Source: Lysobacterales bacterium
GTDB taxonomy: Bacteria > Pseudomonadota > Gammaproteobacteria > Xanthomonadales > SZUA-5
Assembly (NCBI GenBank): GCA_022844165.1
Contig: JALHMH010000011.1
Span: 1-64,000 of the forward strand
Length of the DNA stretch: 64,000 nucleotides
Direction of reading: 5' to 3'
Shown: positions 8,973 through 19,066 of the stretch, piece after piece
Layout: every line of letters begins with the position of its first letter
How positions within the stretch are numbered: position 1 is the first letter of the stretch
Made by a program: the position numbers and the translations under genes
Notes under the pieces: generated by a model
Told to the model about the DNA's origin: nothing
Databases searched by the model: none
Seen by the model: only the letters and a program-made list of their open reading frames with translations

Positions 8973-10997
8973 ATGCAATGGACCTATGCAAGCCTGATCC
9001 TGATGACGTTGTGCTCCGCCCGGAAAGGCCTGGCATCCATGCGCGTCGGTGTCCTGCTGTTGACGTCAGCAACTCTGCTCAGCGCCGCGTGCTCGCGCCC
9101 TTCCGACGTCGCCGGCAGCGGGCAAGCCAGCTCGGTGGTACAACAGATCCACAGTGCTGCTGCGAAAGCTGCGGATCTCGCAGATCCCGCCAGTTTTGCC
9201 GCGGCCCGTCGCGGCTTTGTCGCGGCGCCGGAAGGTCAGATCAGGGACGCCGACGACAAGCTGATCTGGGATTTCGACGCCTTCGATTTTGTCGCCGGTG
9301 ATGCACCGCCCACCGTACATCCCAGCCTGTGGCGCCAGGCCCGGCTCAACAACCAGGTGGGCCTGTTTCAGGTCAGCGAGCGCATCTGGCAGGTGCGCGG
9401 CTTCGACCTTGCCAACATGACGCTGATTGAGGGCGACACTGGCCTGATTGTCGTCGATGCGCTGACCGCACGCGAGACTGCGGCTGCTGCGCTCCGCTTC
9501 GCCCGGCTGCATCTGGGTGATCGACCCGTGACAGCGCTGATCTACACCCATAGTCACGCCGATCATTTCGGCGGCGCGCTCGGCGTGTTGAGTGCCGAGG
9601 AGGCCAGTGCTCGCCAGGTTCCGGTGGTGGCGCCGGCCGGATTCCTGGATGAGGCGACCAGCGAAAACGTGCTGATGGGCACGGCGATGGTGCGCCGCGC
9701 CGCCTACATGTACGGCAGTCGTTTACCGCGATCCCCCGTGGGCCTCGTCGATACCGGCCTTGGCAAGGCGGTGGCTTTTGGCCGCGTCGGCCTCTTGCCG
9801 CCGACCGATGTGATCGAGGCCAGCCGAGAGGAGCGTGTGATCGATGGCGTGCGATTCATTTTCTACAATGTGCCGGGCGCCGAGGCACCATCCGAGTTCA
9901 CCTTCGCACTGCCCGAGCTGAAGGCCTACTGCGGCGCCGAGCTGATGGGCCACACGCTGCACAACCTCTACACCCTGCGCGGCGCCAAGGTGCGCGACGC
10001 CTTGAAGTGGGCACGCTACCTCGACGAGGCGCTGGCCCACGTCGCCGGGGCCGAGGTGGTGTTCAATCAGCATCACTGGCCAGTCTGGGGCGCGGCTGAT
10101 ATCCGCGATTTCATCGAGAAACAGCGCGACACCTACAAGTTCATCCACGACCAGACAGTTCGGCGCATGAATGCCGGCCAGAACTCGGCCGAGATCGCGG
10201 AAACGCTGACGCTGCCGGATGCGCTTCAGGAGCACCTCAATGTGCGCGGCTATTACGGTACCGTGCGCCACAACGTGAGGGCGGTCTACCAGTTCTATCT
10301 GGGCTGGTTCGACGCCCATCCGGCCAATCTCGACGCGCATCCGCCGGTTGAGGTCGGGCATCGTTACGTCGAGGCGCTGGGCGGAGCGGATGCGGTCGTC
10401 GCCAAGGCGCGTCTGGCATTCGAAGCAGGCGACTACCGCTGGGCCAGCGAGTTGCTGAAGCACGCCGTGTACGCCGACGCCGGGAACATCGCGGCACGTG
10501 AACTGCTGGCGCAGAGCTTCGAGCAGCTCGGTTATGCCAGCGAGTCCAGCACATGGCGTAACTTCTACCTCACAGGTGCGTTCGAGCTGCGTCAGGGCAC
10601 TCCAGAGACCGGGATGGATCGGGCAGCCATGATCGATTTGCTCGAGCATACGCCCGGCGAGCGCTTCCTCGAGGCGATGGCCGCTTCGCTGGATGCCGAG
10701 ACCGCGGGCGATCTCGCCCTGACCATCAATCTTGTGTTTGCCGATCAGGACGAGAGCTACGTTCTGCGCCTCGCCAACGGCGTGCTGCACCACTGGCGGC
10801 GTGCGCCCGATCTGGAAGCGGACGCCACCTTGACGGTCAGCAAGGCCTTCTTTCTGGGCATGGTGACCGGCGGCGTCGGCGCGGCTGACCTGCTGATGTC
10901 CGACGAGGTGGATATCGACGGCAGCAGGATCGACCTCGGCCGCTTCCTGCGCCTGATTGACAAGCCCGCCGGAACCTTTCCGATCGTGACCCGATGA
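8973..10997 (+). CDS. Alkyl sulfatase, SdsA1/BDS1 type (MBL fold, dimerization and SCP2-like domains)
   Basis: THSHADHFGG, HNLYTLRGAKVRD, QHHWP, RGYYGT; possible lipoprotein start at 9039. Confidence 0.93.
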   Translation: MQWTYASLILMTLCSARKGLASMRVGVLLLTSATLLSAACSRPSDVAGSGQASSVVQQIHSAAAKAADLADPASFAAARRGFVAAPEGQIRDADDKLIWDFDAFDFVAGDAPPTVHPSLWRQARLNNQVGLFQVSERIWQVRGFDLANMTLIEGDTGLIVVDALTARETAAAALRFARLHLGDRPVTALIYTHSHADHFGGALGVLSAEEASARQVPVVAPAGFLDEATSENVLMGTAMVRRAAYMYGSRLPRSPVGLVDTGLGKAVAFGRVGLLPPTDVIEASREERVIDGVRFIFYNVPGAEAPSEFTFALPELKAYCGAELMGHTLHNLYTLRGAKVRDALKWARYLDEALAHVAGAEVVFNQHHWPVWGAADIRDFIEKQRDTYKFIHDQTVRRMNAGQNSAEIAETLTLPDALQEHLNVRGYYGTVRHNVRAVYQFYLGWFDAHPANLDAHPPVEVGHRYVEALGGADAVVAKARLAFEAGDYRWASELLKHAVYADAGNIAARELLAQSFEQLGYASESSTWRNFYLTGAFELRQGTPETGMDRAAMIDLLEHTPGERFLEAMAASLDAETAGDLALTINLVFADQDESYVLRLANGVLHHWRRAPDLEADATLTVSKAFFLGMVTGGVGAADLLMSDEVDIDGSRIDLGRFLRLIDKPAGTFPIVTR

Positions 10998-11025
10998 GGA
11001 GCGCGCAGGCTACGCTCCACGCAAA

Positions 11026-14000
11026 TCAAGGTCTGCGTCGGATCGTGGGGTCGCCAAATAGCGTAGTGCCGAGAATCACATCCACGGCGCCGGCATCGTT
11101 CACCGCGAGGTTGCGTTTTGCCCGCAGCAATGCGCCGCCCAAAGTCGCGCCCGGCGTGTTCCAGGCGTCGATCAGTCTCCAGCTCAGGAAAGCATCATGC
11201 TCCGATTCGGTGAGGCTCGACGCACCGATCACGCCAACCGCAGCACCCGGCCCAAGCAGCCAGGCGTGGCCGAGCGTATCGGCGGTCGGTTCTGCCAGAT
11301 AGCTATTCCAACATCCCCATTGCCATACGATCGTTGGACGTACGGCATCGCTCAGCGCACCGGCAAAAAGTTCGGCTGGCGAGATCAATCCCGGTGCCGG
11401 GAAAGTCCAGGTGTTGCTGCTGGAGTGCCCGAGGTAGTGGATCAGGTCAGCGCCGGAACGCGCTGCTGCCAGTAAACTCTGGCGCACCTGCGCCGCCGGC
11501 TGGCTGTCCAGGTACGCCGTCTCGACGGGTCTCGCCATTTGGCCGCGCAAGACATTGCTCAGCGCCGTGAACGAAGCTCCATTGGCGTCCGCAGCGTCTG
11601 CAATAAACAACGAAGGAGAGCTGACAGCCCCGCCGATGGCTTCGTAGGCGTCGATTTTCTGCAAGACCCTCTGCAGCTCGGCAACGGTTCTGACCGGCAA
11701 ACGACCAATGGCCACGTCCGGAATCCGGTCTTGATCGATGTCCGCAAACAAACCGTCCGTCGGTGCGTGATTGACCACCGGATGCACGGCTACGTAATGA
11801 GAGGGTACGAAACTCATGGAACCCAAGCCAAGGCGGTCGTGGTAGTCGTATGTGTCTGCACCAACCAGCAACACCGATTGCGTAGCGTTCGCAGTGGCCG
11901 CCGACGCGATCAGGCGATCGATCGCGTCCGGATCAAAATTGCCGCCCGAGTGTTGTGCAAAGGCGGCATCAGTCGTCACCACCTGGACGCTGAGTCCCTG
12001 CGCGCGTCGGCGGGCGGCGAGTGGTTCGATCGCCTCAACAAACATCGGATGCGCAACAATCAGCAATTGCGCGGGCCCAACGATCTGGGCTGGCATCTCG
12101 GAGGCCGAAACGGTGAGGGCAACAAGCCCCGTTGCATCGGCGACATGAATCTCGCGCCCCAGCGTCAGCGGCTCGGCCCAGGCAATACCGGTCGCGGTTT
12201 GCGTCACGCCGGCCAAGGCTTCAACGCTGCCATTTGCCTCGCGGCGATAGACGCTCACAGCCGCACCCTGCACGCCATCCACCCTGGCGACCTGGCACAA
12301 ACTCTGTTGAGCAACGGCGGCGCACGCGTCTGGAGCTGCCTCGACGCTAAAGCTGGTGGCGAACAGCGTGTCGGCCAAAGGCAGTGGCGCGTAATCGCCC
12401 GGTACCGGCGTGAAGTGCGCCGCGCCTGAAGTCACCGCAATACTGCCCTGATACCGCAAGGCGACCTTCTCAACGTATACGATATCGACGCCATAGGCCT
12501 GCGCCGGCAGCGTTAACGACACGGTGTTGGCTCCTGGAACGAGTAAAGACGCCGGAATTTTGGTTTCAAACCCTGCAACTTCGACGCCATCGAAGCGTAC
12601 AGTGGTGACGTCCGTGCCGTTGACGGCAACGCGAACCAGATGATCGGGCTCGGCGCCTTCATGATCGATGCCGCCCAGCAACATTCCAGACACGTACACA
12701 TCTCCAGTGTAGGACGCGTCCAGCGTCAAGGCGTACGAGCGCGTCAACGGTGCGGAGCTGAAGGAAACCAGCCGCTCGAAGTGCCATGGGTCGGGCAACG
12801 GCGACGACAGGCTGTAAAGCAAATTCTGATCGAGTACTGATTGGCGTTCGACATTCATTGTGGGCATGCCGGTCGTTGCTGCAGCCGCGACCCGCTGCCC
12901 GATCCGCGCCGGTGAAACAGCACCACGGCGCAGTTGATAGACCCGGTCCTTCGAATACAAGCTGGTCGGCGCATCGACGATGAACTCAATGCTATCGCCG
13001 GGTCCGAACACGTCATCGGAACTAAACAGCTTGATCGGGACAGATACATCGCGGTCATAGACGCCGATGCCAGCGAGCGACGTTCCCTGCCAGGAAGCCT
13101 CCGGGAGGTCTTCGAACCGCAGACGTGCAACGCCTGAGCGCTGGGCGCGAAGATCGAATGATTCTGGATTTACGTTGGCGCCGCGACCCGCATTGCGCGC
13201 CGCCACAACCTGAGCGCCAATTTCGGCCCAGGGTATCGTCCGCGTCTCTGGATCCCGGCCCAAGGAGGCGCCCACGTCATAGGGGCCGTGCAGCATCGAT
13301 TTGCCATCGATATCGACCACTCGAATCATGAATCGGTCCGCGGATGATTTGCCTTCCAGGCGAATCGACCTGGAGACGAAATGGTCTTCCGGGGCTGCCG
13401 TAATTCCGCCCGGCGTGCGCACCCAGCGCGAGCTTTGGGCTGGCAAATCGAGCAACTCGTAATAGGCCACGCCCACCTGCACTGCTGTGCGCAACTGTAC
13501 GATCAGGCGATCGCCATCGCGAATGGAGTTGACACTGGCCAGTGTGGCAGGCGTAGGCACCGGCGTTCCGCCAGCGGTGACCGCCAACTCACAGAGTGGC
13601 CCCCAGGCATAGGTTGCCCGAGTCTGAGTTGTATTCGCTGTTTCGTCCACATAGGTCGCAGCAGTGCCGTTCGAAGCGGGCGTTCCGGTGACTGGGATGC
13701 GACCAATTGCGGTGGGAGTAATCGCTACTCGGTAGGTCATTGTCACTGTTGCGCCTGCTGCCACGATTCCCGGGTTCCAGGTCACAGGTCCTGAACCGCC
13801 GATGGCCGGTTGCGAGACCACACTGCCGGCCGAGACCACAGCCGTTGCCGCCAATAGGACCGGTGCGCCGGGAACTTGCGAGCGCACCAGATTGCTTGCC
13901 GAAAACGTGATCGGATAGGCCGTGGGATTGACCATCTCAATCACTACATCGTAGTTGCCGGTCTGGCCCACCGCCGGTGGATTGGGGCTGCCATCGGCGG

Positions 14001-15078
14001 CGTGGAACACACGCTGCGTCAAGAAGGGCTTTGCAGGTGCTGTACCTCTCGCCGTCGCGGGAACCGTGGGTGTCGGCAAGTACACGCGCCAGGCGTTTGC
14101 CCACGAGGCGCCTGCAGCGGGCACGGTTGGGTTGACGCCGTCGGCGAAACCATTCGGATTGAAGAATCCCACTTGCAACTCATTGGTCGCGCCGGTGGAT
14201 CGCGGAGAAATCTCAGTGGTGTAGATGCCAGGGCGGACAACAGCCACATCCGAATGCCAAAGCTGATTGGTATCGTTGGCACTCCAGCCGCCATCGCCGG
14301 AAAGATCTGCGCCGGTAAATGCCTGGCTGAGCGTGTCGGATGACAGCGTAATGCGCGTCAATGCGCCGATCGTGGCTGCGTCCGAATCATGGTCTCTGAC
14401 TCGGACCTGGCAGTGCCCGGTGACATACGGATGAGCCACGTAGAGGCTTGACGCTCCGTAATGCTGAACGCTCAAGTGCGCATCCGCATACACTCGCAGC
14501 TGTGCGCTGACACCCGCAACCGTAGCGCGCGCCCGCAAACCGTAACCACTGACGTTCGATCCTACCGCCAAAGCGTCGACTCTGACCTCCCAATGGCCGT
14601 TGGCTGGAGCGGCTACCGTACTGAAAGGAAACCACGTGGCATGCGATGCAGCCGGCACCACTTGAGTGCCGTTGATCGTCTGCACCGTTGTTCCTGCCGG
14701 GTTCAGCAGTAGATAGTTGGTCGATCCAGTCGCCGATCGTTGCTGGTCGTAGTGGGGCAACACTGTGTTGCTGCCCTCTCCGGCGCCGGCCTGGTTAACG
14801 TCAGGATCAAAAATCTCTACGATCAGATTGGTTGTTGAGGGTGGCACTTCGATGAAGTAACTGTAGTGCGTATTGCCACCTGTGCCTGATGAGAGCCAGT
14901 CTCCAGACGCAGGCGAGTTCGATTGAGAATGCACGATAAAAAGTCCGGTGGTCGGTTGACCTGGCCCGGGCGTATCGCCAGGAGACACCACGGGCCAGCC
15001 ATCCGGGTAGGCCGGACGGCAGAACACCAAGAGCGCGAACGCAGCCACGAACGTGCTTTGCCGGATCATGCAATTCAT
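11026..15078 (-). CDS. Large secreted C25 (gingipain/PorU-like) cysteine peptidase with DUF11-like domain
   Basis: Signal peptide; VLLVG, PDVAIGRLPV, catalytic-type HYLGHS and WGCWN, terminal LFGDP. Confidence 0.88.
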   Translation of the reverse strand: MNCMIRQSTFVAAFALLVFCRPAYPDGWPVVSPGDTPGPGQPTTGLFIVHSQSNSPASGDWLSSGTGGNTHYSYFIEVPPSTTNLIVEIFDPDVNQAGAGEGSNTVLPHYDQQRSATGSTNYLLLNPAGTTVQTINGTQVVPAASHATWFPFSTVAAPANGHWEVRVDALAVGSNVSGYGLRARATVAGVSAQLRVYADAHLSVQHYGASSLYVAHPYVTGHCQVRVRDHDSDAATIGALTRITLSSDTLSQAFTGADLSGDGGWSANDTNQLWHSDVAVVRPGIYTTEISPRSTGATNELQVGFFNPNGFADGVNPTVPAAGASWANAWRVYLPTPTVPATARGTAPAKPFLTQRVFHAADGSPNPPAVGQTGNYDVVIEMVNPTAYPITFSASNLVRSQVPGAPVLLAATAVVSAGSVVSQPAIGGSGPVTWNPGIVAAGATVTMTYRVAITPTAIGRIPVTGTPASNGTAATYVDETANTTQTRATYAWGPLCELAVTAGGTPVPTPATLASVNSIRDGDRLIVQLRTAVQVGVAYYELLDLPAQSSRWVRTPGGITAAPEDHFVSRSIRLEGKSSADRFMIRVVDIDGKSMLHGPYDVGASLGRDPETRTIPWAEIGAQVVAARNAGRGANVNPESFDLRAQRSGVARLRFEDLPEASWQGTSLAGIGVYDRDVSVPIKLFSSDDVFGPGDSIEFIVDAPTSLYSKDRVYQLRRGAVSPARIGQRVAAAATTGMPTMNVERQSVLDQNLLYSLSSPLPDPWHFERLVSFSSAPLTRSYALTLDASYTGDVYVSGMLLGGIDHEGAEPDHLVRVAVNGTDVTTVRFDGVEVAGFETKIPASLLVPGANTVSLTLPAQAYGVDIVYVEKVALRYQGSIAVTSGAAHFTPVPGDYAPLPLADTLFATSFSVEAAPDACAAVAQQSLCQVARVDGVQGAAVSVYRREANGSVEALAGVTQTATGIAWAEPLTLGREIHVADATGLVALTVSASEMPAQIVGPAQLLIVAHPMFVEAIEPLAARRRAQGLSVQVVTTDAAFAQHSGGNFDPDAIDRLIASAATANATQSVLLVGADTYDYHDRLGLGSMSFVPSHYVAVHPVVNHAPTDGLFADIDQDRIPDVAIGRLPVRTVAELQRVLQKIDAYEAIGGAVSSPSLFIADAADANGASFTALSNVLRGQMARPVETAYLDSQPAAQVRQSLLAAARSGADLIHYLGHSSSNTWTFPAPGLISPAELFAGALSDAVRPTIVWQWGCWNSYLAEPTADTLGHAWLLGPGAAVGVIGASSLTESEHDAFLSWRLIDAWNTPGATLGGALLRAKRNLAVNDAGAVDVILGTTLFGDPTIRRRP

Positions 15079-15161
15079 CCATCAGCCCTCATTAGACCCC
15101 CGGATTTTAGGTGAGTGGTGCGATGAAATTACGACAGGTGCTCAAGCTTTACGATTAACCA

Positions 15162-15803
15162 TTACCGAGTGAGTTGGCCTTTGCGCCAGGCGACCACAAC
15201 CAGCGCTGCGGCAATGCCGGTCAGCGAGATGCCGAGTGCAGGAGCGAGAAACAAGAATGGAATGCCGATGACGGCAAAACCGATGGCAAACGTGCTGGCA
15301 TCAAACGGATGCTGCTCGGTAGGTGCGATCAGCGCGTCCAGGCTCAGGCGCCCAGGGCCGCCGAACACAAGCGGGATCAACATCAGCGAAAACAACAGTG
15401 GCAGCTTGAAATTGCCATATCCCTTATCGCTGATGGCATAGCCCTTGAGTAAGTCTGACGCCATCGTGATCATATCGGGCCAATGCACAGCCGCTGTCGC
15501 AACGAAGGTCAGCACCAGCAGCGAAAATGCGGAAAGACGCGTCCCGAGGCCGACGACCAGAAGTCCAGCGGCAATCAGCTCCGTCCAGGTCGCCATGGTC
15601 CACGAAAAACCCGCGGGCACGTGGTTGAACGGGAACGGGAAATCGCCTTGCACGCTCGCAAACCAGTTTTCGCCGCGGAGCTTTTCCAGGCCGGATTCGA
15701 AATACTCGTAGGCCATGATCAGTCGCAGTAACAATGGCGACAGCGTAGCGTGCAGCGCGTCGAAACGAGGGCGCCAGGCGGTGTAACGAAGATCTATGTT
15801 CAT
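15162..15803 (-). CDS. DoxX family membrane protein (HvfX-like)
   Basis: LRL.MA.E..ESG.EK, LG.GTR, GNFKLPL, GPGRLSLD. Confidence 0.85.
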   Translation of the reverse strand: MNIDLRYTAWRPRFDALHATLSPLLLRLIMAYEYFESGLEKLRGENWFASVQGDFPFPFNHVPAGFSWTMATWTELIAAGLLVVGLGTRLSAFSLLVLTFVATAAVHWPDMITMASDLLKGYAISDKGYGNFKLPLLFSLMLIPLVFGGPGRLSLDALIAPTEQHPFDASTFAIGFAVIGIPFLFLAPALGISLTGIAAALVVVAWRKGQLTR

Positions 15804-15902
15804 GATCGGGCATGGTGGTTGCGGGTGTCTTCCAGACCGTCGCCAGCGCAACTGTCTTTCGCGCATTGGTTAGAATAATGGTCAGCCAAGAAGGGATGCC
15901 TT

Positions 15903-16634
15903 ATGCGTCTGCTGATCGATCTGGGTAATTCACGCCTGAAGTGGGCTTTGGCCGATGCAAGCCTGGTGGTGCATACGCCGTTGGCGCACTCCGAAACTGG
16001 ATTGGCGGACCTGGGGCCGATGCTCGCGGCCGCAAGCGGCGCCGAATCGGTTTGGATCGCGTCGACCGCGCACTCGCTGACCGCGCCGCTGTGCGCGGCA
16101 ATCGAGCGCGCGGGTCTGCCGGCGCCGTCGGTATTCAACTCGCCAAAAGAGGCGCTCGGTATTCGTAGCGCATACGACCAGCCGGAAACCTTGGGTCGCG
16201 ACCGATTCCTCGGCATGGTGGGTGCGAGCCGTCTCGTCGACGGCCCGTTTTTGCTGGCTGATGCCGGCACGGCACTGACTGTGGATGTCGTCGATGCCGA
16301 CGGACAGCATCTGGGCGGATTGATTGTCCCGGGTCCCGTGCTCATGCGCGAAGCACTACATCGCGGCACGGCAGGCGTGCGCGCTGGTGCTGCCGTGCGG
16401 CTGCACGAGTTGGCGCGCAATACTGACGATGCGGTGTGGAGCGGCGGTTGCCTGGCGTGCGTGGCGCTGATCGAGCACGCACACCGTCAGGCGACGCTCG
16501 GTATCGGCGAACATGTGGATTTGATCCTGACCGGTGGCGCGATGCCAGCGTTGGTTGGGCATATCGATACGCCACATCGTTCGGTCGATGATGTGGTCTT
16601 GCGTGGGCTCGACGATTGGTCGCGTTCGCGGTGA
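15903..16634 (+). CDS. coaX: Type III pantothenate kinase
   Basis: DLGNSRLKW, LG.DR, DAGTALTVD, HLGGLI.PG, LTGG. Confidence 0.95.
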   Translation: MRLLIDLGNSRLKWALADASLVVHTPLAHSETGLADLGPMLAAASGAESVWIASTAHSLTAPLCAAIERAGLPAPSVFNSPKEALGIRSAYDQPETLGRDRFLGMVGASRLVDGPFLLADAGTALTVDVVDADGQHLGGLIVPGPVLMREALHRGTAGVRAGAAVRLHELARNTDDAVWSGGCLACVALIEHAHRQATLGIGEHVDLILTGGAMPALVGHIDTPHRSVDDVVLRGLDDWSRSR

Positions 16635-17503
16635 CATCGATCAACTCATCAACCGATGTGCTGGTTCGGGCGCCGAGTGTGGCCACGCGTGCCTTTGCTC
16701 TCTTGTGGGGTTTGGTCTGCCACTCGCCAATGGCAATTGCGGCTTTGCCGGCGGGTGTGCAGCTCGATGCCAATGTCGAGCGTGGGCGCATGCTGATCGG
16801 CAAGGTCGAGAACGGCGCGCGGGTGTCGGTGAATCGGCGCGACGTGCGTGTCGATACACAGGGGCGATTCGTTTTCGGCATCGGACGCGATGACTCGCGC
16901 CTCGCGATTTGTGTGCGCCTTTCGACCGAGACATCGGCGCGCTGCGGTGGCGTCGATGTGCCAGGTCGAGATTACCGAATCGAGCGGGTCGATGGTCTCC
17001 CGCCATCGACGGTCAGCCCGGACCCAGCCGAACAAGCGCGGATTGCCGCCGAAGCTGCGTTGGTCGCGAAGGCGCGCGAGCGCAACGATGCGCGTAGCGA
17101 TTTTGCGCATGCCTTCGTCATGCCTGCGAAAGGTCGGATCAGCGGCGTATACGGCAGTCAGCGAATTCTCAACGGCGCACCACGTGCGCCGCATATGGGC
17201 CTGGACATTGCTGCGCCAACGGGTACACCGATTGTGGCGCCCGCTCCCGGCGTTGTCACGCTGGTTCATGAGGACATGCTGTTGCCAGGGAAAACTGTGA
17301 TTCTCGATCATGGCCATGGCATCAGCTCGGTCTTCATCCACATGAGCCGTATCGACGTGAAACTCGGTGATCGCGTCGAATCCGGCGGCGCAATCGGCGC
17401 CATCGGTTCGACCGGCCGTTCCAGCGGACCGCACCTGCATTGGGGGCTCAACTGGTTCGACATCAAACTCGATCCGGCCAAAGTGGTCGAATCGCTGTTG
17501 TGA
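16631..17503 (+). CDS. M23 family metallopeptidase
   Basis: HMGLD (HxxxD) and GPHLHW (HxH); GTG overlaps the coaX stop. Confidence 0.92.
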   Translation: MTSINSSTDVLVRAPSVATRAFALLWGLVCHSPMAIAALPAGVQLDANVERGRMLIGKVENGARVSVNRRDVRVDTQGRFVFGIGRDDSRLAICVRLSTETSARCGGVDVPGRDYRIERVDGLPPSTVSPDPAEQARIAAEAALVAKARERNDARSDFAHAFVMPAKGRISGVYGSQRILNGAPRAPHMGLDIAAPTGTPIVAPAPGVVTLVHEDMLLPGKTVILDHGHGISSVFIHMSRIDVKLGDRVESGGAIGAIGSTGRSSGPHLHWGLNWFDIKLDPAKVVESLL

Positions 17504-17544
17504 GCGCTGCTAGTCTTCGCGGAATCCTCCAACGGATCTTTTCG

Positions 17545-18006
17545 ATGCGTTCCACTTACGCCTTGGCCGGCCTGCTCGCGGCCTCTTCTGCACTTGCCGA
17601 AACCGAGTTCTCGTATGCGCATGTCGATGAAATCGATGGTGAGTTTTCGAAGGCATTTATTGCCAACTGGACGAAGCCCTGGCGCAAGATTGGCCCATTC
17701 GACGTCGAATGGGAAGTCATGTTTGGTGGCATTGCCGAGCGCGAAGTCGTCCGGCATCGCGGTGCGCTCGACCGCGTGTTTTTCCTGGCCGGTGGCATCC
17801 GCCAGAACTACAGAGGTTTCTTTCTGAGCAGCGCAGTGGCCGTGATCGACGACCAGAATGCCTTTTTGACCACGACGCATCAGTTCGTCTCTGGTGTGGG
17901 CTACGTGCATGGGCACTTTGTCATCGCGCTTCGGCACATCTCCAATGCAAATACCGGCGGCGAGAACCAGGGCGAGAACCTGCTCAGTGTCGGGTATCGC
18001 TGGTAG
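17545..18006 (+). CDS. PagL-like (acyloxyacyl hydrolase family) outer-membrane beta-barrel
   Basis: Signal peptide; RHISNA...N.GEN motif; C-terminal aromatic residue (YRW). Confidence 0.7.
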   Translation: MRSTYALAGLLAASSALAETEFSYAHVDEIDGEFSKAFIANWTKPWRKIGPFDVEWEVMFGGIAEREVVRHRGALDRVFFLAGGIRQNYRGFFLSSAVAVIDDQNAFLTTTHQFVSGVGYVHGHFVIALRHISNANTGGENQGENLLSVGYRW

Positions 18007-18142
18007 GAATTTTCTGACACGCACATGCGTGTTTTCCTGACAAGAACTTGCGCGTTGCGCCGATGTTCCCGCGCGGGCGGTCTCCGTAGTGTTCACCTCA
18101 CCGGCGCATGGTGCGCCGGCACAAACCTAAGGAGAACACATC

Positions 18143-18424
18143 ATGCGTATGCTCAAATCCCTGCTGCTGGCCCTCGCACTGTCAATGCCGATGTTCGGCT
18201 TCGCTGCCGAGCCGGTGAACATCAACACGGCATCGGCCGCGGCGATCGCTGAGGCGCTGAACGGCGTCGGCGATGCGAAGGCCAAAGCGATTGTCGAACA
18301 TCGCGAGAAGAACGGTCCGTTCAAGAGCGCCGACGAACTGGTTAACGTCAAGGGTATCGGCCTCAAGACCGTCGAGAAGAACCGCGAGTTGATTCGCGTT
18401 GCGTCAGCGCCAGCGAAAGGCTGA
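18143..18424 (+). CDS. comEA: ComEA family helix-hairpin-helix DNA-binding protein
   Basis: VNINTAS...LNGVG..KA.AIV..R..NG.F.S...L..VKGIG; AAGGAG SD. Confidence 0.93.
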   Translation: MRMLKSLLLALALSMPMFGFAAEPVNINTASAAAIAEALNGVGDAKAKAIVEHREKNGPFKSADELVNVKGIGLKTVEKNRELIRVASAPAKG

Positions 18425-18436
18425 AGCACAGGCGGC

Positions 18437-19066
18437 TCAGCCCGGGGCAATCGCGGCGTACAGATTGTCTCGGGCTTGCTTTTCGAAGCGGTCCCGAAAC
18501 GGCTCGGTGCGATAGATCGATGCTCTGTTCAGAAATGACCTCAGCACCGAGCGCCGCTTCTGGCGGTACACGACGGTTGGGACGAACGCATATTCGCGGC
18601 GAATCTGCGCGTCGTATTCTGCAAAGCGCTGTGGTGAGGCCCCGAGGATCGAAAGGTCGATATCGACCAGCAGTTGAGGGTCTGGACCAGGCGGCATGGC
18701 TGTATGGACTGTCGCCAGGATCAACGCTTCAATGGTGTCGAGTTGCTCAGACGGCGCGCCAACCTCACCGAGCGCGGCCCGGGCCCAACTCGCGCTCAGC
18801 ACCTCGTTGTCCGAACGGCTCGGTTGGTAAATCGCGTCGTGGAACCACAATGCCACTTCAACCGCGCCGGGATCGCTGGCCAGCGCTGCGTATTCGTCGA
18901 ACAGAGCGAGGCACTCAGCCAGATGCTGTTGCGTGTGGTAGTGCCGCTCGGGGCGCGCATAAGCTCCCAATAGCTCGTCACGCAGAACCACGCCATCGCC
19001 CGGCAGAGCGAGTGCGCGCCATGCGCGTTGCCATGAGCGTGACCAGAGCGGATGATCGAAGTTCAC
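18437..19066 (-). CDS. HD-superfamily metal-dependent phosphohydrolase (COG4339-like)
   Basis: RHYHT..HL, WFHDAIY, DNE, DIDLSILG, IRREY. Confidence 0.85.
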   Translation of the reverse strand: MNFDHPLWSRSWQRAWRALALPGDGVVLRDELLGAYARPERHYHTQQHLAECLALFDEYAALASDPGAVEVALWFHDAIYQPSRSDNEVLSASWARAALGEVGAPSEQLDTIEALILATVHTAMPPGPDPQLLVDIDLSILGASPQRFAEYDAQIRREYAFVPTVVYRQKRRSVLRSFLNRASIYRTEPFRDRFEKQARDNLYAAIAPG

